Assembly (NCBI GenBank): GCA_964291285.2
Contig: OZ219786.1
Coordinates: forward strand, 960,001 to 1,024,000
Direction of reading: 5' to 3'
DNA length: 64,000 bases
Source: Alphaproteobacteria bacterium
GTDB lineage: Bacteria; Pseudomonadota; Alphaproteobacteria; Bin95
Part shown: piece after piece, positions 20,605 to 30,539 of the stretch
Layout of the letters: each line of letters opens with the position of its first letter
Numbering within the stretch: position 1 is the stretch's first letter
Made by a program: the position numbers and the translations under genes
Notes under the pieces: model-generated
What the model saw: only the letters and a program-made list of their open reading frames with translations
Databases searched by the model: none
What the model was told of the DNA's origin: nothing

Positions 20605-21663
20605 TCAGACGATGCCGACGGGGTTGGCGGGGGAGCCGACCGCGCCCGGCAGGCGCAGCGGCTGGCAGGTGGTGAAAAAGCGTGTCCGGCCGAGCTCGCG
20701 CAGGCGGCGGGCGAGATCGCCCAGATACCAGAGTTCGCCGAGCGGCACGCCGAGCTTGAACAGGCAGTGCTGGTGCAGCGGCGAGTGGGCGTAGCGCTCT
20801 CCCGGCGCCGGCCGGGCAGGCGATTGCTCGACGGCGTAGTTGTCGGCGAAGAGCGCCGCGACACCCGAATCCGTGATCCATTGCAGCAGCCGGTCGTCGC
20901 GCCCGTCGAGCGCCGCGCAGCTGTTTGCCAGGCGCGGGCCGTCCGGCTCCCTCTCCATCTCCAGCAGCAGGTCCGCGAAACCGGTATAGAAGAAGGCGAG
21001 GTCGCCTTCCTTGACGGCGGCCCCGGTTTCCTCCAGCACGCGCATCAGGTCTTCATAGGTGACGAGGTGGCGCCCCTCGCGCCCGAAGAAGCGTTCCAGG
21101 TCGATCATCACGCCCCGGCCCACCACGCCCTTCTCCGCGAAGGTCTCGATGCCGAGCCTGCGCGCGCCCATCGCTTCCGGGCGCGGGGTCTGCGAGCCGT
21201 CAGCGTGGTAGTCCACCGGCCCGATGATGTCCTCGCCGCCCCTGAAGCCGTTGTAGAAGCGGATTTCCGGGATGCCGTCGCCGTCCGCATCGAACATCTG
21301 CCCCATATGGCAGAAGGCGTCCCACTGCGAGGAATATTGCAGCGTCATCTGCACCCGGTCGTCGCAGCCGACATCGATATGGCGCGGGTCTTCGAGCTGG
21401 AGCGGAAAGTTGTAGCGCGGCGCGCCGTCGGGCCCCCGGGTCGGCTCCAGCACCGGCGGATGGCGGCGCGGATTGAGGACGTTGCGGCCCGGATAGTCCA
21501 GCGGCAGGGACAGGCAATAGACTTCGCCCAGGCGGATTTCCTCGCGCGCTGCCAGCACCCGCTCCGGCGTCAGCAGGTTCAACCGGCCGAGCTGGTCATC
21601 CGGCCCCCAGTCGCCCCAGGTGGACCCCTCCGGACGCCGTTTCCAGCGCGCATTTTCCCTCAT
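20605..21663 (-). CDS. Cyclase family (kynurenine formamidase-like) metal hydrolase
   Basis: WG.DDQLG.LN, QYSSQWD..H, GRGV..D, DNYAVE, LGELW, GSP.NP. Confidence 0.85.
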   Translation of the reverse strand: MRENARWKRRPEGSTWGDWGPDDQLGRLNLLTPERVLAAREEIRLGEVYCLSLPLDYPGRNVLNPRRHPPVLEPTRGPDGAPRYNFPLQLEDPRHIDVGCDDRVQMTLQYSSQWDAFCHMGQMFDADGDGIPEIRFYNGFRGGEDIIGPVDYHADGSQTPRPEAMGARRLGIETFAEKGVVGRGVMIDLERFFGREGRHLVTYEDLMRVLEETGAAVKEGDLAFFYTGFADLLLEMEREPDGPRLANSCAALDGRDDRLLQWITDSGVAALFADNYAVEQSPARPAPGERYAHSPLHQHCLFKLGVPLGELWYLGDLARRLRELGRTRFFTTCQPLRLPGAVGSPANPVGIV

Positions 21664-21740
21664 GCGTCCCTTTCTCCCGCTTGCCGCCGGCGCAGTTGCG
21701 GCTACGGTAACGGAACCCGAATGCATAAGGAAACGCCGAA

Positions 21741-22517
21741 ATGAGCAATCCCTTCAGCCTCGAAGGCCGCAATGTCCTGGTCACGGGCGCCGCACAGGGC
21801 GTCGGCCGGGAGGTCGCGCGCACCGTCGTCTCGATGGGCGGCCGCGTCGCTGTCGTCGATCTCAACAAGGAAGGCATCGACAGCCTCGTCGCCGAGCTCG
21901 GCGAGGACAGGGCGATGGGCTTCCACGGCTCGGTCACCGAACAGGACCTGGCGGACGGCATCGTCGAGGCGGTGGTGGGCGAGTGGGGCTCGATCACCGG
22001 CCTTGTCAACAATGCCGGCATCGTCCGTGCCGCCATGATCCACAAGATGAGCCGCGAATACTGGGACGAGGTCATCAATGTGAACCTCACCGCCGTCTAT
22101 CTGGTGCTGCAGTCGGTCGGCAGGCGGATGATCGCGCAGTCGGAGACCGGCGAGTTCGGCGTCTGCCCCGGCCAGATCGTCAATGTGTCCTCGATCGCCG
22201 GCACGGCCGGCACCATCGGCCAGATCAACTACGGCGCGGCCAAGGCCGGCGTGCTCGGCATCACCATGAGCGCGGCGCGCGAATGGGCGCGCTACGGCAT
22301 CTGCGTGAATTCGGTGGCGTTCGGCACTGTCGTCACCCCGATGACCGAAGTGATCCGGGGCCCGAAATTCGGCGCCCAGACGATGGCCCGCATTCCGCTC
22401 GGCCGCTATGCCGAGACCAGCGATGTGGCGCCGGCCGTCTGCTTCCTGCTCGCGCCGGGGGCCAACTACATCACCGGCAAGAACCTCACCATCGACGGCG
22501 GCATGACCGCGATGTGA
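21741..22517 (+). CDS. SDR family oxidoreductase (FabG-like)
   Basis: TGAAQGVG, VNNAGI, NVSS, NYGAAKAG. Confidence 0.92.
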   Translation: MSNPFSLEGRNVLVTGAAQGVGREVARTVVSMGGRVAVVDLNKEGIDSLVAELGEDRAMGFHGSVTEQDLADGIVEAVVGEWGSITGLVNNAGIVRAAMIHKMSREYWDEVINVNLTAVYLVLQSVGRRMIAQSETGEFGVCPGQIVNVSSIAGTAGTIGQINYGAAKAGVLGITMSAAREWARYGICVNSVAFGTVVTPMTEVIRGPKFGAQTMARIPLGRYAETSDVAPAVCFLLAPGANYITGKNLTIDGGMTAM

Positions 22518-22526
22518 GGCAGGGGC

Positions 22527-23414
22527 GTGACCGCTCTTTCGACGGGGCCCTGGCGGAGCTTCCTGTTCGCCCCGGCCAACCATGCGCGCATGGCGGAGAA
22601 GGTGTTCCGGGCGGGCGCCGACGCGGCGATCCTGGACCTTGAGGACGCGGTCGCGGTCGCGGAGAAGCCGGCCGCTCGCGCCGACGCGGTCGCCGCTCTC
22701 AGGCGGCCGCGGCCTTGCAAAGGCTTCGTGCGCGTCAACGCCGCCGAGACGGAGTGGTGCTTCGGGGACATGGAGGCGATCGTCGGGCCGTGGCTCGACG
22801 GCATCGTGCTGCCGAAGCTCGAGAGCGCGGCCATGCTCCGGACCATCGACTGGACGCTGGCCCAGCTCGAGCGCAAGGCCGGGCTGGAACCGGGCAGCAT
22901 CGACCTCATGCCCATCGTCGAGACCGGCCTCGGCATCTCCAACCTGAAGGAGATCGCCGCCTGCCGCTCGCGCCTCGGGCGGCTCTGCTTCGGGGCCGGC
23001 GACTACACGCTCGATGTCGGGATGCGCTGGTCGCTGGACGAGACGGAGCTGGCGCATGCGCGCGCGGCGATGGTGGTGGAATCGCGCGCGGGCGGGCTGG
23101 AGCCGCCGGTCGATACGGTGTTCATCGAGTTGCGCGAGACGGAGGCCTTCGCGGCCTCGGCGCGCCGCGCGCTCGCGCTCGGCTTCCAGGGCAAGCTCTG
23201 CATCCATCCGAGCCAGGTGGGGCCGGTCAACGACGCCTTCTCGCCGACGGAGGAGGAGACGACACGCGCGCGGCGCATCGTCGCGGCGTTCGACGAAGCC
23301 GAGGCCGCCGGCTCCGCCTCCATCCAGGTGGACGGCTATTTCGTCGATTACCCCATCGTCGAAAAGGCCCGCCGCACCCTGGCCCTGGCGGACCGCATAG
23401 CGGAGCGGGGCTGA
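22527..23414 (+). CDS. HpcH/citrate lyase beta (CitE/malyl-CoA lyase) family
   Basis: RSFLFAP, LDLEDAV, VRVN, IVET, GAGDY, GFQGKLCIHPSQV. Confidence 0.9.
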   Translation: MTALSTGPWRSFLFAPANHARMAEKVFRAGADAAILDLEDAVAVAEKPAARADAVAALRRPRPCKGFVRVNAAETEWCFGDMEAIVGPWLDGIVLPKLESAAMLRTIDWTLAQLERKAGLEPGSIDLMPIVETGLGISNLKEIAACRSRLGRLCFGAGDYTLDVGMRWSLDETELAHARAAMVVESRAGGLEPPVDTVFIELRETEAFAASARRALALGFQGKLCIHPSQVGPVNDAFSPTEEETTRARRIVAAFDEAEAAGSASIQVDGYFVDYPIVEKARRTLALADRIAERG

Positions 23415-23470
23415 GGGCGGGTATGTGCCGGGGTCCATGGACCGGCGCATAGGGGCCACTCCACGCGCCG

Positions 23471-23497
23471 TGTCATGGAATGTCATGATCTGTCATG
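23471..23497 (-). repeat. CATGACA direct-repeat array, 10-bp period
   Basis: TGTCATG at 23471, 23481 and 23491, overlapping the stop codon of the terS-like ORF. Confidence 0.85.
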
Positions 23498-24483
23498 TCC
23501 GGGGGCGAATTCGACGCTGTCGAACCGGTCGCCGCCCGCCGGTCCGGGTCGCCGGTCCAGTCCTCTTCCTCATCGCCGTCGCCGTCCCGGTCGCCGCTCC
23601 AGTCGTTGTCTTCGTCTTCGCCCCGCTCTTCCCGTTCGAGGCGGCTCTGCCTGCGCTCCTCGACCTGCTCCGGGGCCCAGGGGTCGTAGATGTCGTCGTA
23701 TCCGTTGCGGCGCTGGTAGAGCCAGTCATGTTCGGCGCCGTCGGCCCGGTCGTCGTCGGTGCTGTCCTCGTGGCCGGGCGCGGCGGCGGCGGCCCACGGG
23801 CAGTCTTCGTAGGTCTCCTCCGGCGGGTCGTCGGCCGGCGGCAGGTCGTTTGCCGGCGCGGGCGGGGGGCCGAAGCTCACGGGCAGGCGGGAGCGCTCCT
23901 CGACGGCCGCGGCGAGCCTGCGGGCGGCCTCCTCATGCGCGGCCCCGTCGAAGCCCTCCTGCGCCTCCATCTCCTCCCGTCGCTCGCGGTGGCGGGCGAG
24001 CGCTCGTTCGGCCCGGGCATGGCCGCTGCGCACGGCGTCTGCGAGCGGTCCGGGTTCGGTGCCGGTCTCCTGCGCCTCGCCCGCTTCGATCTCGCCGAAC
24101 TCGTCCTCGTGCGGCAGCGGCCAGAGGCGGGCCCGGTTCGCGCCGGCCGGACTGACAAGCCCGGCGATCTCGGCCTGGAAGCGCAGCACCCGGAGCATCA
24201 TGTAAGCCGAGCCGCTGGCGACGGCGGCGTCCCAGGCCTGCTCCGAGCGGGCGAGCAGGATGCGGGCCTCGTCGCGTTCGGTGCGCTTCCAGGACAGGCG
24301 GATGCGGCGCACGCGCTCGACGATCCAGGGCCGCTCCAGCAGGGCGCATCCGGTCTGTCGTGCGGAGCGCTCGGCATAGCCGGCCTGCCTTGCAGCGTCT
24401 GCGGCATTGCCGGAGGCGGTGTAGTGGCGGCAGAAGGCTTCCTGGCGGGTGGAAAGCGCGACGGCGGGGTCGATGACGGGCAT
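23473..24483 (-). CDS. Orphan terminase small subunit-like HTH protein with a long acidic tail
   Basis: LSTRQEAFCRHY...GNAADAARQAGYAERSARQTG..LL..P.I matches the P22/PICI-type TerS N-terminus. RBS AAAGGAG. No other phage genes nearby. Confidence 0.72.
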   Translation of the reverse strand: MPVIDPAVALSTRQEAFCRHYTASGNAADAARQAGYAERSARQTGCALLERPWIVERVRRIRLSWKRTERDEARILLARSEQAWDAAVASGSAYMMLRVLRFQAEIAGLVSPAGANRARLWPLPHEDEFGEIEAGEAQETGTEPGPLADAVRSGHARAERALARHRERREEMEAQEGFDGAAHEEAARRLAAAVEERSRLPVSFGPPPAPANDLPPADDPPEETYEDCPWAAAAAPGHEDSTDDDRADGAEHDWLYQRRNGYDDIYDPWAPEQVEERRQSRLEREERGEDEDNDWSGDRDGDGDEEEDWTGDPDRRAATGSTASNSPPDMTDHDIP

Positions 24484-24733
24484 GGTGTGCGGCTCCTTTC
24501 GTTCCGCTGGCGTTCGACAGGCAGGCCCGGCGGGGAGCGACCCTTATTCGCGCGTATCCTGCGCGCGCCTGTGCCGGCGCGGGCGGGTGTCGGCGCCGGC
24601 GCGGTTCGCGCGCCTGATTGCGCGGGCGCGAGGCGGGCGCAGGGCACACCTCGCCTGTCGGCTGAATCGGGGTCGTTCCGCACCGGGCCGGCGCGGGCGG
24701 GAAGCGGCTCCGGATGCCTCCTCCCTCGCACCC
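24484..24733 (-). repeat. Conserved structured leader / candidate ncRNA, copy 2
   Basis: Same ordered blocks as 12294-12522; lies between the promoter and the terS-like start. Confidence 0.75.
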
Positions 24734-24760
24734 ATCATACCACAATTTCTGAAAATGCAA
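24734..24760 (-). promoter_or_regulatory. Sigma70-type promoter with extended -10
   Basis: Minus strand TTGCAT-15nt-TATGAT. ATTGTG(G/A)TATGATGG is shared with the copy-1 promoter. Confidence 0.6.
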
Positions 24761-24869
24761 GCCCCATTATAAGAATTATTACATAAACTTCAGGAACGAC
24801 TTGTTATATGCCTTCATCACCCGCTCTCGCCTCCGGGCAGAGGCGCCGGTGCCTCGTGCGGCCGCAGCC

Positions 24870-25064
24870 TCACTGCCGGAGGTCCCGGCCCGCCCTCCGG
24901 CCGCCGGCGCAGGCGTCTTCCGTCAACAGGCGAGCGTCGCGGCGGTCGCGGTAAATCGCCCCGCCGATGAGTTGCCTATCCCTGAAATCGCGCCGGAGTC
25001 TCCTGTCCTGCGTGTAGAGGAGCCGGACGCCGGTGGCGCGGGCGAGCGCGACGACATGCGGGTC
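24870..25064 (-). pseudogene. C-terminal fragment of a PIN-like protein
   Basis: DPHVVALARATGVRLLYTQDRRLRRDF fits PIN C-terminal motifs D.H..ALA...LL.T.D..L. The 5' part is replaced by AT-rich DNA at ~25070. Confidence 0.55.
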
Positions 25065-25295
25065 ACGTGAGTATATATATTTGGAGCATCCTCTGATCCA
25101 TATGGATCGACTGTTTGTCGACGACCAGCCATCGGCTTTGCCTCATTTCGTCGCCTTGGGCCCCAATCCGAGGTGACGGTTGGGATCTACAGACGAGACT
25201 GTTTTAATTCGAACGGCTCATGCTCTAAATTGCGTATCACGTATTCCAAATATCATTAATGATAGTCATGGAGAAAATATTGCCTCAGACCAAAG

Positions 25296-25580
25296 TCAGA
25301 AAACAAAAAAATATCGCCTTCTTCTTCCTTCACCCTGTGCATTTACTGTAGGGTATGCATGATGTTTATCTTGAAAATTCCTGATAAAAATATGCTCCAT
25401 CAGCGTTGGAATTGTATTTCTCCAAGGACGAACAAGACATACAATCATTCGGACACCTGCCAAATATCCATGAACTTTCATAGGAAGTTTGTAACCATAT
25501 AAAACTAGGTAATTTCTTCGCATATCGTCGAGAAACCGATTGCCGAAATCGTTTGTCTTGCCGATGTAAACCACTTCCAT
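25296..25580 (-). pseudogene. GIY-YIG-like nuclease, probably degenerate, in an AT-rich islet
   Basis: VVYIGKT..F..R and a later E..FI..F...H...P..N pattern; no clean N-terminus. Confidence 0.45.
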
Positions 25581-25706
25581 TATCTCGCCGCAAGAAATCG
25601 AGGTAGTCCACTGGCCGCCCTATCCTTTTGTTCCCCAGCAGAGAACTGCCAACATCGTTTGTGCCTCATTTATATAGCGCAACTCCCGATGACCTGCTTT
25701 CGTGGA

Positions 25707-26504
25707 CTATCCAGCATCCTCATTGTCTACGGCCCACGGCGGCGGGCGCTTTTCGTTGAAGGCGTCTATGCCGGCGCGGGCGGCGGGGGCTCGGAGGAGG
25801 GCGGCTATGGTGTGCGCGGCGTCGTCCAGGGTTTCGTTCACCGGGCGGTCGGAGGCGGAGATGACCAGGCGCTTGGCCTGCGCGACGGCCCCGGGCTCCG
25901 AGCGGCGGACCTGATCGAGCACCCCGGCCAGCGCCGAATCGGCGTCCTCCCGGCTGGCCGCGAGAATGTGGGCGAGGCCGTCGCGGAGCGCGTCGCGGCC
26001 GTCCAGTATGGTGCCGGTCGCGACCAGCCGCCGGGTCCAGCCCTCGCCCATGCGCCGCACGATGTGGGGGATGACCTGGGCCGGGATGAAGCCGGAGCGC
26101 GCCTCGGGCAGGCCGATCTTCGCGTCCTCGGTGACGATCACGACATCGGAGCAGCAGGCCATGCCGAGGCCGCCGCCCGTGCAGGCGCCCTCGACCACCG
26201 CGATGACGGCCTGCGGCAGCGCGTTCAGCAACTCCAGAACATGGCCCATCCTGCGATAGACGGGAAAGAGCGGGTCCGGATCCGCGGCCGGCGGGACGTC
26301 TCCCAGCATCGACATGTCGCCGCCGGCCGAGAACTGCCCGCCCTCGCCCCGCAGCACGACGGCGCGCGCGTCCGACGCCCCGGCTTCCCGAAAGGCGGCC
26401 AGCAGCGCGTCCATTGTCTCCTGGGTCAGCGCGTTGCGGCGCCCGGGCCGCGTCAGCCGGACATGAAGGGCGATTCCCTCCCGCTCGACCCGGACCGGGC
26501 TCAC
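25707..26504 (-). CDS. Enoyl-CoA hydratase/isomerase family
   Basis: RRNAL, FSAGGD, GGGLG, GLPE, FNEKRPPPW. Confidence 0.9.
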   Translation of the reverse strand: MSPVRVEREGIALHVRLTRPGRRNALTQETMDALLAAFREAGASDARAVVLRGEGGQFSAGGDMSMLGDVPPAADPDPLFPVYRRMGHVLELLNALPQAVIAVVEGACTGGGLGMACCSDVVIVTEDAKIGLPEARSGFIPAQVIPHIVRRMGEGWTRRLVATGTILDGRDALRDGLAHILAASREDADSALAGVLDQVRRSEPGAVAQAKRLVISASDRPVNETLDDAAHTIAALLRAPAARAGIDAFNEKRPPPWAVDNEDAG

Positions 26505-28087
26505 GACGGGGACCCGAACCCGCCCGCGCCGGGGGTCTCGACGCGGAGCCCTTCACCCTCGCGCACAATGACGCCCGACGGCTTGATCTCAAGAGGGGTT
26601 TCGGACCCGGAGCCGTCCAGAAGCGCGAACCGGCCCCGGCCGCCGGGCTCTCCGCCGGCAAGGCCCCAGGGCGCGTTGGAGAAGCGCTCGCCCGCACCGT
26701 TGAAGAGGCAGTCATGCCCCACCGGCCTGACCACTCGATAGAGCCCACGCCCGCCCCGGAACCGCCCCGCGCCGCCGGAGCCTTCCAGCAGGCCGTAGCG
26801 CTCGACCATCAGCGGGTATTCGGTCTCGATGGCCTCGACCGGCAGGTTGGAGGTGTTGGTGATGCCGACCTGCACGCCGTCCTTGCCGTGCCCGCCCGGC
26901 CAGCCGCCGGCGCCGCCGCCGAGCGTTTCCAGATAGAGGTAGCCTTCGCCCGTTCGCGGGTCGATGCCGGAGAAGACGGCGGTGGTGTTGGCGCCGTTGC
27001 CGGCCGCCGGCGCACGGTCGGGCACGGCCGGCGCAAGCGCGCCGAACACGGTGTCGATGATCCGCTGGCAGGTATGCGCCCGCGCCGCCACCGGGGCGGG
27101 GAAGACGGCGTTGAGCAGCGAGCCGCGCGGGGCTGAAATCTCCACGCAGTCGATCACCGCCTGGTTGTTCGGCACTTCGGGGTCCAGCAGCGCCTTGAGC
27201 GTGTAGGTGACCGCGGCGACGGTCGCGTTCATGGTCACATTGACGTTGCCGGGCACCTGCGGCGCGGTGCCGGAGAAGTCGAAGCTGGCGCGCCCGCCCT
27301 TCTTCTCGACCGTCAGCACGATTGGGATGTCGCGGGCCTCCAGCCCGTCATCGTCCATGACGTCGTCGAAGCGGTAGGTGCCGTCGGGGATCGCGCGGAT
27401 GGCGTCCGCCATGCGTCCGGCAGTGCGCGCCAGCATGTCCTCGAAGGCGGCGAGCACGGTATCGGCGCCGTAGGCCGCGACGGTCTCCGCCATGCGCCTC
27501 ACGCCCAGATTGCAGGCCGCGACCTGGGCGAAATAGTCCCCGCGCCGCTCGTTCGGCAGCCGCACGTTCAGCAGTACGAGGTCGAACAGCTCCTGTTGCA
27601 GCACGCCCCGGCGGAAGAGCTTGACCACCGGCACGCGCAGCCCTTCCTGGTAGATCTCCGACATGCCGCCGGCCATCGACCCCGGCGCCATGCCGCCGAC
27701 ATCGGCATGGTGGGCGATATTGCAGACCCAGGCGACGATGCGCCCGTCCGCGAACACCGGCGCGGCCATGTTGATGTCGGGAAGGTGGGTGCCGCCGGCC
27801 GTGTGCGGATCGTTGGCGATGACGATATCGCCTTCCTCGATATCGTCGCCGTAGCGGGCCAGCAGGCAGTCCATCAGCCCGCTCATCGACGCGATGTGGA
27901 TCGGCAGGGACTGCTCCGCCTGCGCGATCAGCCGGCCCTGCGCGTCCATGACCGCGGTCGAGTGGTCGTGCCGCTCCTTTATGTTCGTGGAGTAGGCGCT
28001 CTTCATCAGCGCGGCGAAGGTTTCGTCGGTTATGGAGCGCAGCGCGTTGGCGAGGATTTCGAGGCCGATGGGGTCGAGGGCGGTCAT
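26501..28087 (-). CDS. Hydantoinase B / oxoprolinase family
   Basis: SAYSTNIKERHD, NDP..GGTHLPD, HHADVGG, EIYQEG, ETPGAGGFG. Confidence 0.92.
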   Translation of the reverse strand: MTALDPIGLEILANALRSITDETFAALMKSAYSTNIKERHDHSTAVMDAQGRLIAQAEQSLPIHIASMSGLMDCLLARYGDDIEEGDIVIANDPHTAGGTHLPDINMAAPVFADGRIVAWVCNIAHHADVGGMAPGSMAGGMSEIYQEGLRVPVVKLFRRGVLQQELFDLVLLNVRLPNERRGDYFAQVAACNLGVRRMAETVAAYGADTVLAAFEDMLARTAGRMADAIRAIPDGTYRFDDVMDDDGLEARDIPIVLTVEKKGGRASFDFSGTAPQVPGNVNVTMNATVAAVTYTLKALLDPEVPNNQAVIDCVEISAPRGSLLNAVFPAPVAARAHTCQRIIDTVFGALAPAVPDRAPAAGNGANTTAVFSGIDPRTGEGYLYLETLGGGAGGWPGGHGKDGVQVGITNTSNLPVEAIETEYPLMVERYGLLEGSGGAGRFRGGRGLYRVVRPVGHDCLFNGAGERFSNAPWGLAGGEPGGRGRFALLDGSGSETPLEIKPSGVIVREGEGLRVETPGAGGFGSPS

Positions 28088-30126
28088 GCGGCGATCCGTA
28101 TGGCGAGGTTGCCGTGAGCGTCCACCGCGGCGCTGTCGCCCGGATAGACGATGGCGGTGGCGTCGAGCTGCTCGATGACGGCGGGGCCGGCGATGCGGCT
28201 GCCGGCTCCGAGCGCCGCGCGGTCGTAAACCGGCGTCTCCGGGAACGCCCGTCCCGCAAAGCGGACGGGCCGGGTCTCCCTCGGCGGGGGCGGCCCGTCG
28301 GCAGGCGGCAGCGTGGTCATGGGCGCGCGGTAGAGGCGGGCTTTCGCCGTCAGGCGCAGATTGACGATCTCGACCGGGTCCTCCGGATTGCGGAAGCCGT
28401 AGGCGGACTCGTGCGCGTCGAGGAACCGGTCGCGCAGATCGTCGAGACTGTCCGGCAATGCCACCGCGAGCTCGAAATTCTGCCCGACATGGCGCATGTC
28501 GAGCGAGACCTCCGTCTGCCGGCCTTCCGCGGCACCTTCGCCCGCGAACCAGAGCCGGGCCTGTTCCTCCAGCGCCTCCAGGATGGCGGCGATGCGCGGG
28601 AACGCCTCGGGCGCCACGGCGATGCGCTCGCTGCGGGTGAAGGTCTCGCGCAGGTCCGAGACCAGCAGCCCCTCCGCGCAGACGATGCCGGGCGCCGGCG
28701 GCACGAGGATTTCGCCGATGCCGATGCCGGCGGCCACGTCGCGCGCATGCAGCGGCCCGGCCCCGCCGAAGGCGGCCAGCACATAGCCGCGCGGGTCGTG
28801 GCCGCGCTCCACCGAGACCGTGCGGATGGCGCGGATCATGTTGGCGGCCACGATGTCGAGCACGCCTTCCGCGGTGCGCTCGACCGAGAGGCCGAGGCGC
28901 CGGGCCGCCGGCTCGAAGGCGGCGCGGGCCCTCTCCTCGTCGAGGCTCATGCCGCCGTCCAGCAGGCCGCGCGCGCTGAGCCGGCCGAGCAGCAGGTTGG
29001 CGTCGGTGACGGTCGGCTCGGTGTTGCCGCGCCCGTAACAGGCGGGGCCGGGGTCGGCGCCGGCGCTCTGCGGGCCGACCTTCATCAGCCCGTCGCGGTC
29101 GAACCAGGCGATGGACCCGCCGCCCGCGCCGATGGTCGCGATGTCGATCTGCGGCAGGCGGATCGGGAAGCCCGCCACGGCCCGCTCATAGGCAATGTCC
29201 GCCTCGCCGCCCCGGATGAGCGCCATGTCGGCGCTGGTGCCGCCCATGTCGAGCGTGACGAGGTCGCGCAAGCCCGCGCTGCGGGCCGCGTGGACGGCGC
29301 CGACGACGCCCGCCGCCGGCCCCGAAAGCGCGGTGCGGACCGGGAAGGCCCGCGCGCGGTCCACCGACATCAGCCCGCCGCTCGACTGGTTGATGCCCAG
29401 CGCGGCACGGGGCGCGGTTTCGGACAGGCCCCGCTCCAGCCGGCCGAGATAGCGGTCCATCACCGGCTGCAGCCAAGCGTTCGCGGTCGTGGTCGAGAAG
29501 CGCTCGAACTCCCGGAACTCCGGCTGGACCTCGCAGGAGAGCGAGACATGCAGGTCCGGCAGCGCCGCGCCGAGCGCCTCGGCCATCGCGCGTTCGTGCG
29601 CGCCGTTCAGGTAGGCGAACAGGAAGCAGACCGCGCAGGCGTCCGCCCCGCTCGCCCGCACCGCCTCGACGGCCGCCCTTATGTCCGCCGGGGCCGGCGC
29701 GCGCACCGCCCCGCCCGCCGCGTCCATGCGCTCGGCAAGCTCGAAGCGCCGCTCCGGCGGCACCGGCGGCGGCGGGAAGCTGCGGCGGAAGTCGTACATG
29801 TGCGGGCGCACCTGCCGGCCGATCTCCAGCAGGTCCCGGAAGCCTTCGGTGGTCACCAGCGCCACCTTGCCGCCCCTGCCCTGGAGCAGCGCGTTGGTGG
29901 CGACCGTGGTGCCGTGCGCCAGGCGGGAGACCGCGTCCAGCCCGATCCCGCAGGCCGCCGCCATCTCCCGGAGGCCGTCGAGGATGGCGCGGCTCGGGTC
30001 GTCCGGCGTCGAGGGCCGCTTGAAAACATGCGTCTCGCCGGTGCGGTCGTTGACCGCGGAGAAGTCGGTGAAGGTGCCGCCGACATCCACCCCGACGATC
30101 CAGGACCCGCCCTCAGGCCCGTTCAT
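28084..30126 (-). CDS. Hydantoinase A / oxoprolinase family
   Basis: GVDVGGTFTD, HGTTVATN, LSGPAAGV, DMGGTS, IGAGGGSI, FGGAGPLH. Confidence 0.93.
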   Translation of the reverse strand: MNGPEGGSWIVGVDVGGTFTDFSAVNDRTGETHVFKRPSTPDDPSRAILDGLREMAAACGIGLDAVSRLAHGTTVATNALLQGRGGKVALVTTEGFRDLLEIGRQVRPHMYDFRRSFPPPPVPPERRFELAERMDAAGGAVRAPAPADIRAAVEAVRASGADACAVCFLFAYLNGAHERAMAEALGAALPDLHVSLSCEVQPEFREFERFSTTTANAWLQPVMDRYLGRLERGLSETAPRAALGINQSSGGLMSVDRARAFPVRTALSGPAAGVVGAVHAARSAGLRDLVTLDMGGTSADMALIRGGEADIAYERAVAGFPIRLPQIDIATIGAGGGSIAWFDRDGLMKVGPQSAGADPGPACYGRGNTEPTVTDANLLLGRLSARGLLDGGMSLDEERARAAFEPAARRLGLSVERTAEGVLDIVAANMIRAIRTVSVERGHDPRGYVLAAFGGAGPLHARDVAAGIGIGEILVPPAPGIVCAEGLLVSDLRETFTRSERIAVAPEAFPRIAAILEALEEQARLWFAGEGAAEGRQTEVSLDMRHVGQNFELAVALPDSLDDLRDRFLDAHESAYGFRNPEDPVEIVNLRLTAKARLYRAPMTTLPPADGPPPPRETRPVRFAGRAFPETPVYDRAALGAGSRIAGPAVIEQLDATAIVYPGDSAAVDAHGNLAIRIAA

Positions 30127-30276
30127 CGCTCGACCCCGCTTCCATGCGGCTTTCCCCCTGCGTCCCGGCCCGTCCCGGCGTTCCCGTCCGGCGGCGCGGG
30201 CCAATCTAGCCCACATTCCCCGCCGGGGTCACGGGCCGCGCGCCGCTACCGAGATGGTATTTTTCCCTAAAAGGGG

Positions 30277-30309
30277 TTGCATTCCGTGAGATATGTTCTA
30301 TATTAGTTC
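30277..30309 (+). promoter_or_regulatory. Promoter overlapped by a perfect alphaproteobacterial LexA (SOS) box
   Basis: GTTC-TATATTA-GTTC at 30295-30309 overlaps the -10 TATATT; TTGCAT at 30277-30282. Confidence 0.75.
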
Positions 30310-30539
30310 CAATCATGCCATTCGAGGGAGCCGGAAGAGGCCATGACTTGATAGCGAAAGCGGCGGTGCCGCTCCTGCAGAAGGCGAACGCGCGGTGGCG
30401 AGGGGGCGGCCGCACAACAGGGCAGGTGCGCGCGCCGGGCCGCGGCTATTCATCGGGGTTCGAACACTTCCGGGGCCGGGCGGGCGCAATGTTCATCGCA
30501 ACCGGGCAGGCGGCATCCGGGAAGGGAGACACGGGAGAC

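Noticed and set aside
23473-25700. Prophage or PICI
   Set aside because: No integrase, TerL, structural or replication genes, and no att repeats seen.
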